NCBI GenBank assembly: GCA_958009085.1
Contig: OY253668.1
Location: 1,922,001-1,986,000 of the forward strand
Direction: 5' to 3'
Source of the DNA: Protoeuglena noctilucae
Lineage: Eukaryota
DNA length: 64,000 nucleotides
Shown: in pieces, positions 62,265 through 64,000 of the stretch
Position numbering within the stretch: position 1 is the first letter of the stretch
Layout: the number at the start of each line of letters is the position of its first letter
Program-made: the position numbers and the translations under genes
Notes under the pieces: generated by a model
Database searches by the model: none
What the model saw: only the letters and a program-made list of their open reading frames with translations
Told to the model about the DNA's origin: nothing

Positions 62265-63447
62265 GGGCTGGAGAAGCTGCTTTGCTGATGAGGCGATGAA
62301 TCGATGCTAGGAAAACCCGCTCGCGCTTCACAGCGAGGGCCTGGAATGCAGGCAAGCATGAATGAACACAAGCTCCAGCATGTTTCCCTGGCGTGTTCAC
62401 GTCAGGTTTCGCTTTGCTCCTCCCACCTCGCTCGTCGATGAGGCTCGCAACGCGTCGCACCAGAAAGCAACAGGCATAGCATGAATCTCAAGGAGCCATC
62501 GCACTCGTCGGGCGTCGGAACTTTAGGTCGACGCCGTTGCACTTACGATGCGGATACAGTGGCGAGAGAGGCTGCGCTATGAATGTGAGAAGGACACGCT
62601 GTACTGAGAAGCGACCCATCGCGAGCGCGGTGGGCTGTCGCGGCAGCCGGGCTTGCCAACGTCTGCAGTTCATCTTCGCAGCTCAACGTCTCCTCGTTCC
62701 TGTCCGCAGGAGGGCGCCGGCAGGGGCAGGTGCGAGATGCTTCAACGCGCTAACATGGAGAGAAGCGTTCCTTCGCGTCTGACGCGAGGATCGGACGCAG
62801 GACTGTCCTCTTCGCTTTGCCCAGGCCTACGTCTCGCTGTGACCCGCCCTGCGCAGGCTGATGGGTGTACCATATGCTGACCTCTTCTCGCACACAGGGG
62901 CAGGGGTGGACGTGGCGGAGCGTGGGGCGGCCGGGCGACGCGAGGTGCGTCACACATCTGCAACCTCGCGCGCCTCGCAAGCCTCGCGCGAGCGCCTCAC
63001 GCGCCGCGCATGTCCTCATTCGCAGAAAGGGGGTTTCCACTGACGTCGCCCGGAAGGGGATCGGCGGCGCAGGGCGGCCAGGATGCGAAGCTCAGCGCTG
63101 GCAACCGGGTGAGCACGCTCCCTTTCGCTCTGCACCGCCAGCGCTTTCTCGATTTCATGGTCGCGCCTTGTCGACGTCCATCGCCTCCGCTCACTGCAGC
63201 TCCTGTCGAAGGCAGGGAGGTCGCCAGCAGGGTTTGGTCGGTCGAACTGGCGAGGCAAGCGCGGGGGCGCCACGGCTGGGAACGGGCGCGGCGAACCGCC
63301 CTCAGCAGATGGACCCAGAAAGGGTCTTTCACCGCCTAAGGTATGCGTGCGTCGCGCTGACGGGCAGAAGCGCCGGCAGGCTGGCGGGGCACTGGCCATG
63401 TCGGCAGCGACGCCCTAGACCTGCCCACCACACGCACCCTGCCGCAG

Positions 63448-64000
63448 GTGGACAAGGCTGAGGTGGCACGGATGGCCCAGGCAAAGCTGCGGGCCTTGGC
63501 GGGGCAGCAGGGGGCCCCTGGGCCCACGGGCGGCCAAAGCGGCGTGGACGCTTTGCTGGACCGATCCTCAGCAGCCGCCTCGGCAGTCGCAGGCCCCAGG
63601 AAAGGGTTCGGCGCACCGGCTGCCGTGACCAAGGGTTTCGGCGCCGCGCCCGCCGTGAGCGGCTTCGGTGCTGCACCTGCCCTGGGGACCACCCCTGGCG
63701 TGCCATCCGCGGGCATCCGGCCTGTGTTGGGCTCTCCCGAGGTGCTCCCAGCGCACGGGCCACGTGTGGGCTTCGGCGGGTCCCCTCCGCAATCGACTGC
63801 GGGGGCGGGCGTGTCGACGTTCGGCGCCGTGACGGGGCCATCGACGGGGTTTGGGGCGGTTGCTGCTTTGTCGGGGACGGCCGCGCCTTTCCGCCCTGCC
63901 CAGGCAGCGACTCCGCCACAGCCGGCGATGTCGTCGTCGCCGTTCCAGACGCAGCCAGCCGTGGCAACGAGCTCGTCGTCTCCACAACCTGCGTTCGGGT
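63448..64000 (+). CDS. Partial exon of an FG-repeat protein (nucleoporin- or GANP-like); upstream exons probably from ~62750, gene continues beyond window
   Basis: After a CAG acceptor an open frame runs to the window end: KGFGAPAAVTKGFGAAPAVSGFGAAP...VGFGG...TFGAV...GFGAV...PAFG. It is absent from the ORF track because it has no stop. Confidence 0.6.
   Translation, partial: MDKAEVARMAQAKLRALAGQQGAPGPTGGQSGVDALLDRSSAAASAVAGPRKGFGAPAAVTKGFGAAPAVSGFGAAPALGTTPGVPSAGIRPVLGSPEVLPAHGPRVGFGGSPPQSTAGAGVSTFGAVTGPSTGFGAVAALSGTAAPFRPAQAATPPQPAMSSSPFQTQPAVATSSSSPQPAFG

Overview
High-GC, gene-dense, intron-rich eukaryotic nuclear DNA. It is most likely from a green alga, given the plant-type VPS13M architecture, CbbY, an SP1-like ligase and a U2 snRNA gene with a TATA box; the species cannot be named from sequence. 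I can support about 21 spliced protein-coding genes and one U2 snRNA. The genes include a giant VPS13 (3' end outside the window, 200-N gap), a PfkB kinase, a PQ-loop transporter, a Pga1-like protein, BUB3, a purple acid phosphatase, a SWIM-finger protein, HVA22/REEP, CbbY and an Xni-like 5' nuclease. They also include citrate synthase, an SP1/MUL1 E3 ligase, an F-box/LRR protein, FDXR, COQ10, RPT4, an IAH1-like esterase, the 5' part of an FG-repeat protein and several unknowns. I found no tRNA, rRNA, CRISPR or transposon. Most of the ORF track is GC-rich shadow ORFs; I assembled gene models by hand, so boundaries (especially starts) are approximate. The best leads are: (1) frequent GC-AG introns (at least 16 supported by frame continuity); (2) tandem alternative last exons in CbbY, where one stop codon overlaps the next branch point; (3) short exon copies just inside 3' splice sites; (4) a 5' nuclease fused to a RAP-like domain; (5) a small protein that may resemble only the Piezo pore module. 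Several homopolymer frameshifts show the assembly has errors, so single-base anomalies need read support. I cannot demonstrate a new multi-gene system here.
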